A DNA stretch of 36,491 bases from Chiloscyllium plagiosum (taxonomy: Eukaryota): NCBI RefSeq assembly GCF_004010195.1, contig NC_057718.1:72305236-72341726 (forward strand). The letters run 5' to 3'. A program made the position numbers and the translations under genes. The notes under the pieces are model-generated. The model ran no database searches and had not been told where the DNA came from. It saw only the letters and a program-made list of their open reading frames with translations. Every line of letters begins with the position of its first letter. Positions within the stretch are counted from its first letter, which is position 1. Positions 12,130 through 23,276 of this stretch are shown here, in pieces.

Positions 12130-12753
12130 CCCTAGAAAGTCCACCGACAAATAGTTTGGAACAGCTAAATTGCTTAGCAACATCCAATCAGAACTAATCA
12201 AAAGAAACGTCTGGTTCAATAGTCACCCAGTTCTAAAGGAGGTTGATACTGGTGTGGCTGCATAAGTGATCACTGAACTAGACTTTACCAAAATTTGCTT
12301 TGGATTCCAACAATTAAGTTTTTGTAACACCTCGGCCAGGCTGAGAATGTATACCAGGGAACCCCAGATTAAGGGTACAACTTTGGTCCCGGTCTCTTAT
12401 GAAAGGCAACAAGTTTAGTTAGTCTAGTAGGCTTGGGTCCAAGCTTGAAGGGAGGAATTGGTTGAGAAAGATTCAACTTGATTGGATTACCATCTTTTGA
12501 TGAGAAAATGGCTGCCTAAGTGAAATCCTAATGAAATACCTACAAGTTTTTTTTCTCTCAGTAAAGTCTAGGGACTATTAAACAGTCCAAGGCCACTTTA
12601 CATGTTGACCATGAAGCAATTCGAAAATGCTGCAAGGCCTGTCCAGTGCCATTTGTCTTGCGTGAAGAAGTAGAGGCAGAAATCAGGATGCTGGAAAGCA
12701 AGGCAATAATCAAACCAGTACAGTTTGCAGAATGGGCAGCACCGGTCATACCA
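12130..12753 (+). mobile_element. Gypsy/Ty3 LTR retrotransposon pol relic (aspartic protease to RT start)
   Basis: EVDTG at about 12239-12253. Later LGTIKQSKATLHVD...PVPFVLREEVEAEIRMLE..AIIKPVQFAEWAAPVIP. Contains stops and frameshifts. Confidence 0.85.
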
Positions 12754-13550
12754 AATGACTAGGGTAGGAATAGGTCCAGTCAAGGATAGTAGTGGGAAGT
12801 TGCGTGTGGCGGCTGAAGAGATTGGGGAGACACTGAATGAATACTTTTCGTCAGTGTTCAATCAGGAACAGGACATTGTTGTCAGTGCGAATACTGAGTC
12901 ACAATTAAGTAGAATGGATGGCTTTGAGGTATGTAGAGATGAGGTGTTGGAAATTCTGGAAAGGGTGAAAATAGATAAGTCCCCTGGGCCTGATGGCATT
13001 TATCCTAGGATTCTCTGGGAAGCAAGGCAGGAGATTGCAGAGCCATTGGCCTTGATTTTTATATCCTCGTTGTCTACAGGAATAGTGCCAGTAGACTGGA
13101 GGATAGCAAATGTGGTTCCCTTGTTCAAAAAGGGGAGTAGGGATAACCCGAGTAACTATAGGCCGGTGAGTCTCACTTCTGTTGTGGGCAAAGTCTTAGA
13201 GAGAATTGTAAGGGATAGGATTTATGAACATCTGGATAGGAATAATGTGATCAAGGATAGTCAGCATGGTTTTGTGAAGGGCAAGTCGTGCCTCACAAAC
13301 CTTATTGAATTCTTTGAAAAGGTGACGAAGGAGGTTGATGAGGGGAAAGCGGTAGATGTGGTATATATGGATTTTAGTAAGGCGTTTGATAAGGTTCCCC
13401 ATGGTAGACCACTGCAAAAAATACGGAGGTATGGCATTGAGGATGAGTTGGAGGTTTGGATTAGGAATTGGCTGGATGGAAGAAGACAGAGGGTAGTAGT
13501 TGATGGCAAAGTTTCTTCATGGAGTGCCGTCACTAGCGGTGTTCCGCAAG
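12754..13550 (+). mobile_element. Young CR1 ORF2 internal fragment (stop-free)
   Basis: KSPGPDGIYPRIL...WRIANVVPLFKKG...NYRPVSLTS...QHGFVKGKSCLTNL...YMDFSKAFDKVPH...SGVPQG, uninterrupted and CpG-retaining. Confidence 0.95.
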
Positions 13551-13800
13551 GAAAAAAAAACACTGCTGCCCGCTACCGGTAAGCACTTTTAAAACCAAAC
13601 GGTCTTACCTTCGCTGCTGCTCGCACTGGAGATGACCGGCGGCTTCGAAGGGTGAGTATAAATACTCACCGCTTTCCTTCCCGGCTGCCCCTCTGGTCGT
13701 CGTCACTTCCCCCTGGTGCTCCCGCTCTTTCTGTGAAGAGAGAGTGAAAGAGAAAAAAAAACACCGCTGCCCGCTACCGGTAAGCACTTTTACCGGTAAG
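13551..13800. repeat. GC/CpG-rich module bounded by about 40-bp direct repeats
   Basis: gaaaaaaaaacac(t/c)gctgcccgctaccggtaagcactttta occurs at about 13551-13591 and 13752-13792. An internal hairpin reads ggtgagtat-aa-atactcacc. Confidence 0.8.
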
Positions 13801-13994
13801 TATATTCCTATCTGCTCCCCAGGTGTAGTCATGTGCCCAGTTAAAGGTGAGGAATCTAACCCTCCAATCCCTTCTCAGAGGCTAATGGGCCTGTAACCAG
13901 ACAGCCTGGATCATCATCATGGCTCCTTCAAATTGCTGTCTCATATTCGGTGGCTACTGTGTCTGTTACATATTAATCTACATAGGTAATGTAC

Positions 13995-14088
13995 ATACAC
14001 AATACATACATTATTTATGTGTGTGTGTATAATATATGATACATATGTATTATATATGTATCATATATTATATACATACATAAAATAT
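13995..14088. repeat. AT-rich (TA/TG/CATA) low-complexity tract
   Basis: atacatacattatttatgtgtgtgtgtataatatatg... visible directly. Confidence 0.7.
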
Positions 14089-14183
14089 GAGCCCTGAAGA
14101 AGGGCCTATGCCTGAAACGTCGACTCTCCTGCTCCTCGGATGCTGCCTGCCCTGCTGTGTTTTTCCAGCACCACATTTTTCAA
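14089..14183 (+). ncRNA. Minimal type-I hammerhead ribozyme motif in a single-arm mini-element (family A)
   Basis: gagcc CTGAAGA a GGGC-ctat-GCCT GAAA c GTC gactc. Flanked by the duplication ataaaatat (14080-14088 and 14184-14192). Confidence 0.7.
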
Positions 14184-14934
14184 ATAAAATATAAACAGTC
14201 CACCAGCTAGGTCAAGGTATCTCTTTCATATTTAATGAACTACACTGTAAGTATTATTTCAAACTGCTTTGTGCGTTCTGTTTGTTACCAATGCAGTTAT
14301 AGCTGTGTTAATATTAAATGCATTCTTTGTGTCTGTTTATTAATTTATAAATGTTTAACTTTACCAGTGTGTCATTTACAAATCTGTCTATAAATGTTAT
14401 TGATTAATTCATTTGTGTATTCATCAGTTGCAATAGTCATATTTTGTTATATTGGTTTTATTGATTATTTTTGTGTAAGTCTTGCTTTTGAATACATTTG
14501 CTTGTTTCTTCCAGTTGTTTCCAATACATCTGGATGTGTGTTTACATGAACAATAAGTTGACCTTACAACATTAATCAGTAACAACCTTCACCTGGAAGT
14601 GTCAGTATGATACATGCCGCAGTATCGAGTGGATGGGAAATAGAGTGGAGTTGAAACCAAAATGAAAAACACTATTCTGAAGCCCCTACCTGAGTCACAG
14701 CCCTAGCATGGACATCCACATGGAGGTGACCAAATGTTCAGAGTATGTGGGTAGGGAGGCAGGATTGAATAGGAGTGGGGTGAGGCACAGTTTCCAGGGT
14801 GAGACGCAGGCAATAAAGCAGCTTCAGGCTCCATGATATGAGACTCAGCACGACTTCCTTCCACTTGTGTCTTGCTGGATCTGTGAAGGGTAGGCTAGCC
14901 CAGGTTGTGGAACAGAGTCACCTCGATGACACTT

Positions 14935-15134
14935 ATTCAGCGAGTCGTGAGTTCATGGAATTCCCTGCCAGTAGCAGTGGTGGACTCTCTCTCTTTATGG
15001 GCATTTAAGCGGGCATTGGATAGGCATATGGAGGATAGTGGGCTAGTGTAGGTTAGGTGGGCTTGGATCGGCGCAACATCGAGGGCCGAAGGGCCTGCAC
15101 TGCGCTGTATTCTTCTATGTTCTATGTTCTATGT
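14935..15134 (+). mobile_element. Young CR1 3' tail
   Basis: Near-identical to 30323-30521 and ends in (ttctatg)n. Confidence 0.9.
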
Positions 15135-15199
15135 AAATGTGAAGCCTGATGGATTGGTTCACCTTTGTAGGATTGATTTCAAACAAACGGTAAACCACT

Positions 15200-15555
15200 T
15201 TTTGCAGCTGGAAACTATTCAATCCGTTGCCTCGAGGACTTAAAGGCAAAACTGGCGTGGGGGAAATAACTTTAGGATTTCTCCCCACATTATGTGCTAC
15301 AGAGAATAAAAGAAAGATGATAGGGGAGGATTGTACTTGGCTTAAGGCATGCTGTAAAAAGGAGGGATTCAACGTTTGGACCAATAGCATCAGTTCTGAA
15401 GCAAGTATTCTGCAGAAAGATCTGTACTTAGATTTCCAGAAAGCATGTGATAAAGAGCCACGTCAATGGTTGTTGTGAAAAATAAAGAATCATGCTGTAG
15501 GGTATAAAATATTATGAATAAAAATATTGGTTAATAGGAAATAGATGATAGTTTT
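15200..15555 (+). mobile_element. Degenerate CR1 ORF1 (esterase-like) and RT scraps
   Basis: GFLPTLCA...TWLKACCKKEGF resembles CR1 ORF1. LYLDFQKACDK is an RT motif. Confidence 0.55.
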
Positions 15556-15764
15556 GTCTTTGCCAAACAAAAATAGAAATTGCTGGAAAAGCTCAGGTCA
15601 GGCAATAAATGATTAAATTCCATCCAAATAAGTTGAATTTGATTGGTCGGGTAATTATGTTCCAATACTCTGCCTGATTGTGAAAGCTTCTGAAAAAAAA
15701 TTAAGGTTTTTCCATAAATTAATTTTAATTAAAGCTTGAAATTTAACCCAGCCTTCACATTAAA

Positions 15765-15992
15765 ATAAAATAAAGAACTGTGGATACTGTTCTTTGGTCT
15801 ATACTGGAAATTTGAACCAAAAATAGAAATTACTGAAGAACCTCAGCGGATTTCACAGCATCTGTGGTGAAAAAGCAGAGTTAATGCGTCGACTCCAGTA
15901 ACTCTTACTCATAACTTCTTGAGAAATGTTAATTCTGCTTTCTCTCAACAGATGTTGAAGGGCTGCTCAGTTTCTCCTGCAATTTGTTTTTC
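15765..15992. mobile_element. Degenerate palindromic terminal-repeat element
   Basis: agaaattactgaagaacctcagc...cagcatctgtgg..aaagcagagttaa pairs imperfectly with ttaattctgctttctctcaacagatg...gctcagtttctcctgcaattt. Partial relatives lie at about 15567-15603 and 28945-29060. Confidence 0.55.
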
Positions 15993-16484
15993 TTCGAACT
16001 CTCACATTTCCAACAGCAAAGAAAATCTACTCTTCCTAGTATTAATAACACTTTGTATGAAACGTTCCTTACAAATTTTTCCCTTCACTCTGCTACGATG
16101 AATTCCAAAAACTAATAATCCTTGTTACTGATCATGTTGAAGTGACTATGCTGATACTACTGTATCTTTAAGCACTTTTTTAAACAAACAAATTCAGAAC
16201 TGCATTGACAATAGTTAATTCAATGACTCTGACACCATAATTATAAATAAAACAGAAACATATCAATCTGAGGGCTGCAGCAATCAAATATCCTGTCACC
16301 CATTAACCTAAAGCATGGCATTTTGTCACAAAGTTTGAAAATTATTTCTCCGTTCTTTAATCTCGGCTCAAACAATGAATAAAGTGATTACCTGAACAGT
16401 ACGATTATCTCAGTTGCAGCACCTAACAATTCAGAAGTATAAAATTTTACAAGCAAATGGAATTGGTGAACTTTCCATTGTGTG

Positions 16485-17140
16485 ATTTTGTCCTTGGACA
16501 AGCACATGGACGATGATGGGATTGTGTGGAGGGATGAGTTTAGATTAGTTCACAGGTCTGCGCAACATCCGAGGCCAAAGGGCCCCTTCTGCGCTGTACT
16601 GTTCTATGTTCTAATACAACTTGAAGAGGTAACACGCTGCACTCCAGATTTGTTAATGGGACAAGCCGCTACCCGGTGCAATAAATTTACATTGACTGTT
16701 ATTTTAATGAAAGATTACAACATTTTGATTTCATAATTTACCTTTTATAATTTTCTAAAACTGTCAGATTCTCTCTCAAACTCCTTTACTGCAAGGAGAA
16801 CAACCCTAACTTCTCCTCATTGTAGCAAAATTGCCTCATCCCTAGAACCATTTTGGTAAAACCCCTGTGCACAATCTATGACATTAACTTGTTCCCTAAT
16901 TAGCCAAACTAATTTCTCTCTTTGTGGTAAATACATGTATTAATGAAATACAAGCTCTTAAAATATTTGGTAAGATTTCTCTTAATTTGTTCTGCTACCT
17001 TCAAAAGGATATTCTATGACTCCCAAGTTCTAGGCACACAAGCCTTCAGATCTCTTTAAGTATATTTTTGGAACTGTGCCAATAAATCAATATATTGCCT
17101 CTCCTTGGGTCTTTTTTCAAAACTTATCATTTCATAGATC
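16485..17140. mobile_element. CR1 3' tail (+, about 16485-16613) and degenerate CR1 (-, about 16745-17140)
   Basis: ggacaagcacatgga...gcgcaacatc.gaggcc.aagggcc...gttctatgttcta tail. The downstream piece resembles reverse-strand CR1. Confidence 0.6.
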
Positions 17141-17149
17141 TAGACCAAC

Positions 17150-17712
17150 CACATATATCGGGTGGCTAGAAGAGTAGTCCAGACGTTAGAGATTTTGCAG
17201 CAAGCAATTTGCACCCTGATTCTTGAAAGCATTTCCGCCATACACATGGCACAAGTCCGAACTGTGATAGAAAATTTTGCACTTGCCTCAATGTATTAAG
17301 ATTCAGTATTAATCAAGAAACTCGTTTGCATACATAACAGCTTATTTCATCGACACCCCCTCCACGGCATTATATGTTCAGTCATTTCATCACTGATGCA
17401 CCATGGCAGTAGTATGTGCTGACTATAAGATGCACAATACGAACTTGTCAAGACAAAGTCACCTTATGAACCTGCAATCTGCCACCTGGAAAAAAACCTG
17501 CATGGAACCCCAACAGTCTACAAAGTATATTCCATCTTACTCTCAAATTCGGTGTCATTCCTTCATGATTGATCGATTAAATTCTTGAAGCCCTCTTCCT
17601 AACAGCATTGTGGGTGTATCTAAACTAGTGATTCACAGAGGTGCTCACTATCTTCTTAAGGATTACTTTTGATAGGTTGCTTGTCCTGTTAATGACACCC
17701 AGGTACTATGAA
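17150..17712 (+). mobile_element. Old L2/CR1-group LINE 3' portion
   Basis: Degenerate 'IH.AQVRTVIE..ALA' (compare YKAQVRSVMEY) followed by a typical 3' region. Confidence 0.5.
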
Positions 17713-17730
17713 TAGCTAAGTAAAATAAAG

Positions 17731-17969
17731 TTAAAAATCACACAACACCAGGTTATAGACATTGAACAAACACTGACCCATCTAACGAACTTGAGCTATA
17801 GCTTTCCCAATCAATATCAGTTTAATTGGAAGCACACTAGCTTTCGGAGTGACGGTGATTGTTGCTCCGAAAGCTAGTGTGCTTCCAATTAAACCTGTTG
17901 GACTATAACCTGGTGTTGTGTGATTTTTAACTTTGTACACCCCAGTCCAACACTGGCATCTCCAAAACA
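17731..17969. mobile_element. Palindromic Penelope-terminal-repeat mini-element (family B) with TSD
   Basis: 14-bp duplication taagtaaaataaag (17717-17730 and 17970-17983). Perfect 29-bp inverted repeat spanning 17821-17893. Confidence 0.85.
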
Positions 17970-18154
17970 TAAGTAAAATAAAGCATTGTTAACGACAAAA
18001 TTTGGAAAAAGAAAGTTAAGTAGTAGTACAAAATTGATTATTGCTGAAAAATAAAGATACAATATAACTGTTGTTTTTCATTTGGGTTAGTATTTCTTGT
18101 GAGTTGTCTCAATGATTGCAAGATTAAAAGCTTCAGTCAAATTTGTTCATTTTC

Positions 18155-19200
18155 AGAGTCACAGCAACGTTACAGCGCAGGAGGAGGCCATTTGGTTCAT
18201 CGTGCCTGCACCAGCTTGTTAAATGAGCATTATTGTGAGGAGAAAGTGAGGACTGCAGATGCTGGAGATCAGAGCTGAAAATGTGTTGCTGGAAAAGTGC
18301 AGCAGGTCATGCAGCATCCAAGGAACAGGAGAATCGACGTTTCGGGCATAAGCCCTTCTTTGGGAATTCCTGAAGGGCTTATGCCCGAAACGTCGATTCT
18401 CCTGTTCCTTGGATGCTGCCTGACCTGCTGCGCTTTTCCAGCAACACATTTTCAGCTCTGAGCATTATTGTGAGCCAATCTCCTGCTTTTTTCTTGAACA
18501 TAACTTTTTTCTCCACATAATAATCCAATGCTCTCTTGAATGCCTCAATTGAACCATATTCCACCACACTTCCAGGCAATGCATTCAGAGCCTAACTAGC
18601 TGAATGAAATAATGTTTTTCCACTTCACCCTTGCGTCTTTTGCAGATTTAAATCCATGCTTTCTTCTTCTTGTTCCATTTACAATCAGGAACACTTTTGG
18701 CCCATCTACTGTCGACCCTGCTGAATATTTTGAAATCCGATCTCTTCTGAGCTTTCTTCACTTCACAAAGAACAGTTCAAACTTCTTCAATCTATCCTTC
18801 TAACTGAAGTTCCTCATCCCTGGAACTAATCTTCTAAATTGCTTCTGCACGCTTCAATGAGTTTACATCCTTCCACATATAACGTGGTGCCAAGAACTGG
18901 ACACAATATCCCAGCTGTGGTCTCACAATTGTCCAATACAAGTTCAACATCATCTCCTTTTGTACTCTATACCATTTTAATAAAGCTAAGGATAGTGCAC
19001 ACCTCACTTATTGCTCTTTCTACTTGCCCTTACACATCCAATGATATGTGCACATACACCAGGTCCCTTTGCTCCTGTACCACTACGTTTTATTATTTTT
19101 CTTCTGACCAAAATGTATCTCATCACACCTGCCTATATTGAAACTCATTTGCTCTACCCACCAACTTGTTTGGATCCTTCTAGAGATCTATACTGTCCTG
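18155..19200 (-). mobile_element. Degenerate CR1 3' part, host of the 18240 insertion
   Basis: Reverse-strand CR1-like segments (ccattt...tccaccacact..caggca.tgcattc; agaactggacacaata). Confidence 0.65.
18240..18458. mobile_element. Palindromic Penelope-terminal-repeat mini-element (family A) with TSD
   Basis: 16-bp duplication tgagcattattgtgag (18224-18239 and 18459-18474). Near-perfect inverted arms of about 89 bp (18270-18358 and 18373-18460). Confidence 0.9.
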
Positions 19201-19452
19201 TCCTGTCTATTCACCTGAAGAATCCTCTGTCACGAGAGCTCCTCCTTTCTTCTCCCTTTCCTTCTAAGTGGCTGAGCCGATTGCAGCGCTGATTGCACAC
19301 TCTTGATGATCTAGCACCCTTATTAGTTTCCAAAATGAAAAACCGATTTGTGAGTCTGATGATTGGGGACTCTTGCAGCACCTGCCTCATTTATCCAATT
19401 CCCTTCCTTCCTCTGGGCTCTTAGGCTGGACTATGGCCACCGTTCTGAACAT

Positions 19453-19577
19453 TCCTGATGAAGGGCTCCAGCCTGAAACATTGATTTTCCTGCTCCTCTG
19501 ATGCTGCCTGACTTGCTGTACTTTTCCAGCAATACATTCTCAACTCTGATCTCCAGCATCTGCAGACCTCACTGTCT
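19453..19577 (+). mobile_element. Single-arm family A mini-element with hammerhead motif and TSD
   Basis: CTGATGA a GGGC-tcca-GCCT GAAA c att. Flanks ccac(c/t)gttctgaacat at 19437-19452 and 19578-19593. Confidence 0.8.
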
Positions 19578-19629
19578 CCACTGTTCTGAACATGCTATCC
19601 TTGTAAAGCTCAGCCTTGGGCATGTGCCG

Positions 19630-20386
19630 CTGATATACTGTAAATGGCAGAACCTTTAGGAAAAGAATAGACAGATAGATTGGGTGCAGGTCCACAGTTC
19701 CCTAGAAGTTGCAACACAGGTAGCCAAGGTGATTAAGGAGGCATTTCGCATTCTTGCTTTCATTGATAGGCCATGGAGTACAAGAGTTGGAAAACCATGT
19801 TTCAGCGATATAAAACCTTTGCTAGACCACATTTAGAGTATTGTGTGCAGTTTTGGAGATCATATTATCAGAAGGGTGTCAAAGCTTTGGAGAGAGTGCA
19901 GAGAAGGTTCATGAGGATGTTGCCTGGTCTTGAGGGCATTGGCTGTGAGGAAAAGTTAAAAAGACTAGGATTGTTTTCACTGGAAAGATGGCAGCCGAGA
20001 GAAGATATAACAGTGGTCTACAAAATTATGAGAGGCAGAGATGGATAGCCAGAGGCTTTCTCCCAGGGTTAAGTTTCAATTACAAGGGGGTAGAGGTTCA
20101 TGGTAGAGGGGGAAACTTTAAAGGAAAAGTACTAGGGAAGCTTTTTATGCAAGAGAGTGGGTAAGAGTCTGGAACACACTGCCCAAAGAGATAGTAGAAG
20201 CAGGCATGTTGGTGAGATTTAAGTAACATCTGGATGGTAATATGTATGCGGAGGGAATAGATAGATGCAGACCGAATAAGGGCAGAAGGCTTGTTTTTTT
20301 TTCAGTTTCATTAGGGCATGATGATTGGTACAGGCTTGGAGGACCAAAGAGGCTGTTCTTGTGCTGTACTCCTCTTTTGTTCTTTG
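19630..20386 (+). mobile_element. CR1 LINE 3' fragment
   Basis: EYKSW...RPHLEYCVQFW...LERVQRRFMRMLPGLEG. Confidence 0.9.
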
Positions 20387-21758
20387 ACTTCAGTTGTTGT
20401 TCAAGCTCTGAAACCGGGACATCAGGTTTCTACAGCAGGAAGCTATTCCTGCTCACAAGATCAATTAGGAGCCCAGTAGAATGCTTGACTTCTCACTTTT
20501 ACAAGCCACACATTCCACTTGACTAACTTGTGCTGCCATGTTCCCTTGCACTTCCTTCAGTTCCCTTGTGCCATCTTTATTCTACTTCCCTTATTCTACT
20601 TTGCTTACTTGTATTACTTTATTATGTCACATTCACTTATCCCTGTGTTTTATTATCAATTCCAAAAAACAGACATTTTTAATCACAAAAAATCAACCCA
20701 TCACTTCCCCATGATTTTACTGTTTGATTTTTTTCCCTCTGAATCAACATTCCTCCAAAATTGCAGCTGTTAAACTGTGCCTCCTTTCTTGCTGCTGTAC
20801 TGAATGTTAGCATTAAGCATTCCTAAGTCAGATACAGCCTGAGAAAATTAGTGTGAAACGTCTATTGTACTTATGGAGTTTTTCAGTATTCTTCAGAAAA
20901 GATTCTAGAATATGTTACATTCAAATCAGGTTCACATGGGTTCACCCTTTAGGGTTTAACTAAATTTGGGGAATAAAACATTATGCAGTTAATCAAGATG
21001 TGCAAAATCAATTGGAAGTCCCTTATGAGCTGAGTAGATAGAAAAGGTTGATTTTTCATTCCAGTCCATTGAGATGAAGCAATTCATTGGAGCTCAGCAG
21101 AGGGCAGCTGAGACTTGTCTGATGAGACTTCACTTGTTGGTCAGGAATGAATATGGGGAGGCTAACAAAGTTGAGTTCTTAAAGGACCAGCTCATTCTTA
21201 CCCAGGGGAATGTTCAGAAAACAATAAACAAATCTTGCCATGCTGAAAAGTCACCAAAAAGAGTAATCAGATTTAACAACGCTGAAGATGCAGGCCTTGG
21301 AGTGGGCTAGAAGTTAAGATATAGTTGATCAATTTTTATACCTAAAGGCTGAGCAGAAAGAAAATTTTAAAAGTTAGCTTTCTGCCAACAGTCAAGCTGT
21401 TGTAGCAGAGTTAGGTTGTTCTCCGTCAGAGGGAACCTACGATCTGTGCGAAAGAAAGCACCTTGCCTTTGCTTCACCAGTATTTATTGGTTCTGTCTAT
21501 TGGAATACCGAAGAAGTGCACGTAAGGACGTATGGATAAAGACGTATTGAATGACATGAAGCTGCGTCATTGCAACTCTGAATCTACACCTTTGTTTATC
21601 CTGATCTTTGGCAAAACTAAACAACTCCATATGCCAGAACTAAAGGGTTGAGCACTAAATTGGACAGAGTAGCAATGATGGATCTGATTTTTTTTAAAAC
21701 AATGCCATATTTTTAATTTGGCTTTTGGGAAAAAAAGTATTGGTATAAAATTTACTAT

Positions 21759-22080
21759 GAGCAGCACGGTGGCACAGTGGTTAGCACTGCTACCTCACAG
21801 CGCCAGAGACCCGGGTTCAATTCCCGCCTCAGGCGACTGACTGTGTGGAGTTTACACATTCTCCCAGTGTCTGCGTGGGTTTCCTCTGGGTGGTCTGGTT
21901 TTCTCCCACAGTCCAAAAATGTGCAGGTTAGGTGAACTGACCATGTTAAATTGCCCATAGTGCTAGGTGCAAGGGTAAATGTAGTGAAATGGGTCTGGTT
22001 GGGTGTGCTTCGGCGGGTCGGTGTGGACTTGTTGGGCCGAAGGGCCTGTTTCCACACTGTAAGTAATCTAATCTAATCTA
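21759..22080 (+). mobile_element. HE1-type V-SINE, full length
   Basis: A box tggcacagtgg, B box ggttcaattcc, V-domain, (taatc)n tail. Confidence 0.92.
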
Positions 22081-22639
22081 TTCCTTGGATCAGTTTTATT
22101 CAAGATTCATACCCACTAGGAATTAGATATGAACTTTCTAAGCTTGTTTTATATACGCTGCTCTTATAATTGGCCAACAAGTTTTCATTCTATGAGGCTG
22201 GCACAAAGCGTGTATAAATAAAAGATGATAAGAGGACATAAAATTTCAGATTCACCACATTATATTTTACATTCTATCTTCTTCTTCTCTTTCAAATTTA
22301 ATTTATCCGATTACCTGACATATAAAATGCTCTGGTTTAGCAAATCTAAATCATTCCAAGAAAAAAAGATACTACATTGGGTAGTCAAAATAGTTCAAGT
22401 TTGTGCCAGGAAAGATGGGATAAATTTTATTTTGTTAAAGGAACCTTCAATGCAAGCTGTTGAATTGCGTCCTTTGTATATTGCAAACCTCTATGGTTTT
22501 TTTTACATTCAGAATTTGTCATTTCTTTGCTGAAGCTTAAATACTAACTCTGAAAGTGTATGGAAGATAGTAATTAAGGACAAAGGTTACAATGATAAAA
22601 TATATCAATTAGGTTTGAACATCTAGTTCTTATTTTTAC

Positions 22640-22771
22640 CATGCCAGTGATACTTCTTCGCCAGTTCCTGAACAGCCTGCACACGTACTGCTTTACATGT
22701 AGATTGTGTCCGTTTTAGAAGAAGCCACAAATCAGAATCATGGCTTTCCACATCCTGTCTTAAGTAATGCT
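22640..22771 (-). CDS. SERAC1: SERAC1 internal coding exon (132 nt, phase 1-1; probably equivalent to human exon 6)
   Basis: Minus strand reads ttttgtttttatag|AG CAT TAC...TGG CAT G|gtaaaa. It translates as HYLRQDVESHDSDLWLLLKRTQSTCKAVRVQAVQELAKKYHWH, which resembles the SERAC1 segment 'WLLL.K..S.....R..AV.E....HHWH' as I recall it. It joins in frame to the 9710-9828 exon (CAT G|AT TAT = H D Y). Confidence 0.93.
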
Positions 22772-23160
22772 CTATAAAAACAAAAAAAAATGTCAGATAA
22801 AGAGTTTTAAAGAGCTTACATATTTTGAAATGTAATCTGTGACTCATTAATGTTTCCTATTTTAAGAAAATAAACAATTGTTGAAGCAAGACAATTTGTA
22901 CTACAAAAGCAATAGTGAGTGAGTCAACTCATCCTATATAAGTGCCAGATTGGAATGCAACCCAAAGACATCAATTAATTTCAGAATTCCGCCCAAGAAG
23001 CAAGGAAATACTTAAAGTCTATGACAATAAAATCAAAATCACTGTATTCAAGGAGGAGAAGAATGATGACAGAGAACAAAACATTCTATTCCAATAAAAA
23101 TCAAATAAACTGCACGTTATGATCTCATTATACTGAAAACATTATTCACCCAAGTGAACT

Positions 23161-23276
23161 GGCCTCTTGTGGTGCAGTGATAGTTTCTCTATTGCTGAGA
23201 CAGATTACAAGAATTCGAATCCCACCTGCTTCAAAAGGAATGTCACCACATCTCTGAGCAGATAGATTAAAAAATA
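23161..23276 (+). mobile_element. Short degenerate tRNA-derived SINE
   Basis: tggtgcagtg A-box-like and attcgaatccc B-box-like, related to about 3622-3726. Confidence 0.5.

Noticed and set aside
12725..13582. 285-aa RT ORF as a functional or domesticated gene
   Set aside because: It is an internal CR1 fragment that lacks the FADD catalytic motif. Its start lies in Gypsy sequence and its end in an unrelated module.
16392..16423. About 31-nt minus-strand micro-exon candidate (ttgttag...cag|gtaatc)
   Set aside because: The neighbouring exons already join in frame, the pyrimidine tract is weak, and there is no supporting evidence.
21074..21310. 78-aa ORF as a host exon or L1 ORF1 relic
   Set aside because: No recognisable motif and no convincing splice sites.
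21759..21830. tRNA gene
   Set aside because: The A/B boxes belong to the tRNA-derived head of an HE1 SINE. The same applies to the other copies.
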